Below are positions 62,755 to 64,000 of a stretch of DNA of 64,000 nucleotides, piece by piece (position 1 is the stretch's first letter; each line of letters begins with the position of its first letter). A model generated the notes under the pieces. The model worked only from the letters and a program-made list of their open reading frames with translations, was not told the origin of the DNA and did not search any database. Source of the stretch: Pristiophorus japonicus. Its lineage: Eukaryota. A program made the position numbers and the translations under genes. The stretch spans positions 10,478,001-10,542,000 of the forward strand of contig NC_091999.1 in NCBI RefSeq assembly GCF_044704955.1. The letters are read 5' to 3'.

Positions 62755-63190
62755 GGGCGCAGCACAGATTTATTTTGGCGGAGTCAGAGACTAAAGCCCC
62801 GGAGACATTAAATGAAACCGATTTCTTGGCTTAGTCCTAATCATCAGAGATCCAGTCTGGGAGATTTCGAGAATGATCCCACTGCCGCTTGCCGTATCTC
62901 TTCAGTAAATATCTCGGAGTTTTCCAGGGATGATGGATATACCAGAAGAGGTAAGTATAGGATTGGGATGTGGACTAGCTGCAGTAGAGTATTATGGTCT
63001 GTCCTTCCTGAACCGTTAATTCTGACGGATCCTGGACACTGAATCTTCGCCATTCGTTCCTGTTACAACATGCAGAATGCGTCCAAAGTCTGGAAGTGAA
63101 TTTAAACCGTGAAAGACACAGTCATCAGTTAATCACAGACTCACCAGGCAGTACGATCATTATTATCAATAACGAACATGGGGAGTACAT
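62755..63190 (-). pseudogene. TCR alpha/delta V pseudogene (leader 63190-63145, V exon 63059-62755), 23-RSS at 62716-62754
   Basis: Leader MYSPCSLLIIMIVLP+G|GTGAGT. GTNGEDSV; frameshift; QDPSELTVQEGQTIILYCS*..YLFWY. RSS CACACTG-23-ACAAAACAA. Paralog of 1225-1659. Confidence 0.9.
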
Positions 63191-63459
63191 CGTGTCTGGT
63201 TTAGATTCCGACAAAAAATAGCAGAATGTTCTAAACATGTGCGATATTAAAGATTAAACCCAAATCAGGGCTGGCTCCACTTATTGACAAACTGAGGGGT
63301 GTTTCCCAGGGAAAGGTTTGGCTGGTCTCTCATAACTGTATTCAGCTTTGCACCAATGAGTGTTAGTTGTGCTCAATTGCTGCATGATCTCCCTCCCCAC
63401 GCGGTTCTCGGTCTCCTTCTCTCTGTCTTTTACATGCGTTATATCTCTGCGGCGCTGTC

Positions 63460-64000
63460 ATTAAGGTGCAAGGGTCAAGGATGTCTCGGAGTGGCTGCAG
63501 CGCATTCTGAAGGGGAGCGTGAACAGTCAGCTGTCGTGGTGCATATAGGTACCAACCAAATAGGTAAAAAACGGGATGAGTTACTACAAGCGGAATTTCG
63601 AGAGCTAGGAGGTAAATTTAAAAGTCGGACCTCAAAGGTAGAAATATCAGGATCGCTGCCCGTGCCATGTGCTAGTCAGAGTAGAAATAGAGGATAGCTC
63701 AGATGAAAACGTGGCTTGAGGATTGGTGCAACGGGGAGGGATTCAAATGACTGGGACATTGGAACCAGTTCTGGGGGAGGTGGAACCAGTACAAACCGTA
63801 CTGTCTGCACCTGGGCAGGACCGGAAACGATGTCCTCGGCGGAATGTTTGCTCGTCCTGTTGGGGTGGGGGCGGGCGGTTAAACCAAAATGGCAGGGGGA
63901 TGGCAATCTATGCAGGGATGCAAAGGGAAGTAAAAAGGGGGCAGAACAAAAGGCAGGAAAGAGAACAATAAGAGTGGAATGCATTGAAATCAAGAGCAAA
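63460..64000 (+). mobile_element. CR1 ORF1 (SGNH esterase) fragment running off the window
   Basis: VVVHIGTNQIGKKRDELLQAEFRELG..SKVEISGSLPVP. Confidence 0.88.

Overview
Cartilaginous-fish (shark-like) genomic DNA from the V-gene region of a T-cell receptor alpha/delta locus; the species cannot be determined from this window. I find ten V segments in mixed orientation. Three have open V exons: a NAR-TCR V, its leaderless supporting V-delta, and a conventional TRAV/TRDV-type V at 61.1 kb. The other seven are pseudogenes. The main feature is a complete NAR-TCR (doubly rearranging TCR-delta) cassette: leader, IgNAR-like V with 22-RSS, 12-D-12, 23-RSS J, a 6.66 kb intron, then the leaderless V-delta with a 23-RSS. 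NAR-TCR is a known system. The least expected structure lies directly downstream of the supporting V-delta, where the 23-RSS has been tandemly amplified into about 12 units of about 62 bp with a 185-bp higher-order period, including a second perfect-consensus 23-RSS. A leader/splice-donor junction has been amplified in a similar way at 48.9-51.1 kb. The rest is mostly decayed, often nested LINEs (CR1, L2, RTE), Deu-type SINEs, satellites, a 231-bp inverted duplication and an internally deleted gag-pro-env retroelement. No constant exons or conventional TRD/TRA D or J segments were seen. Coordinates were counted by hand, and TE boundaries are approximate.
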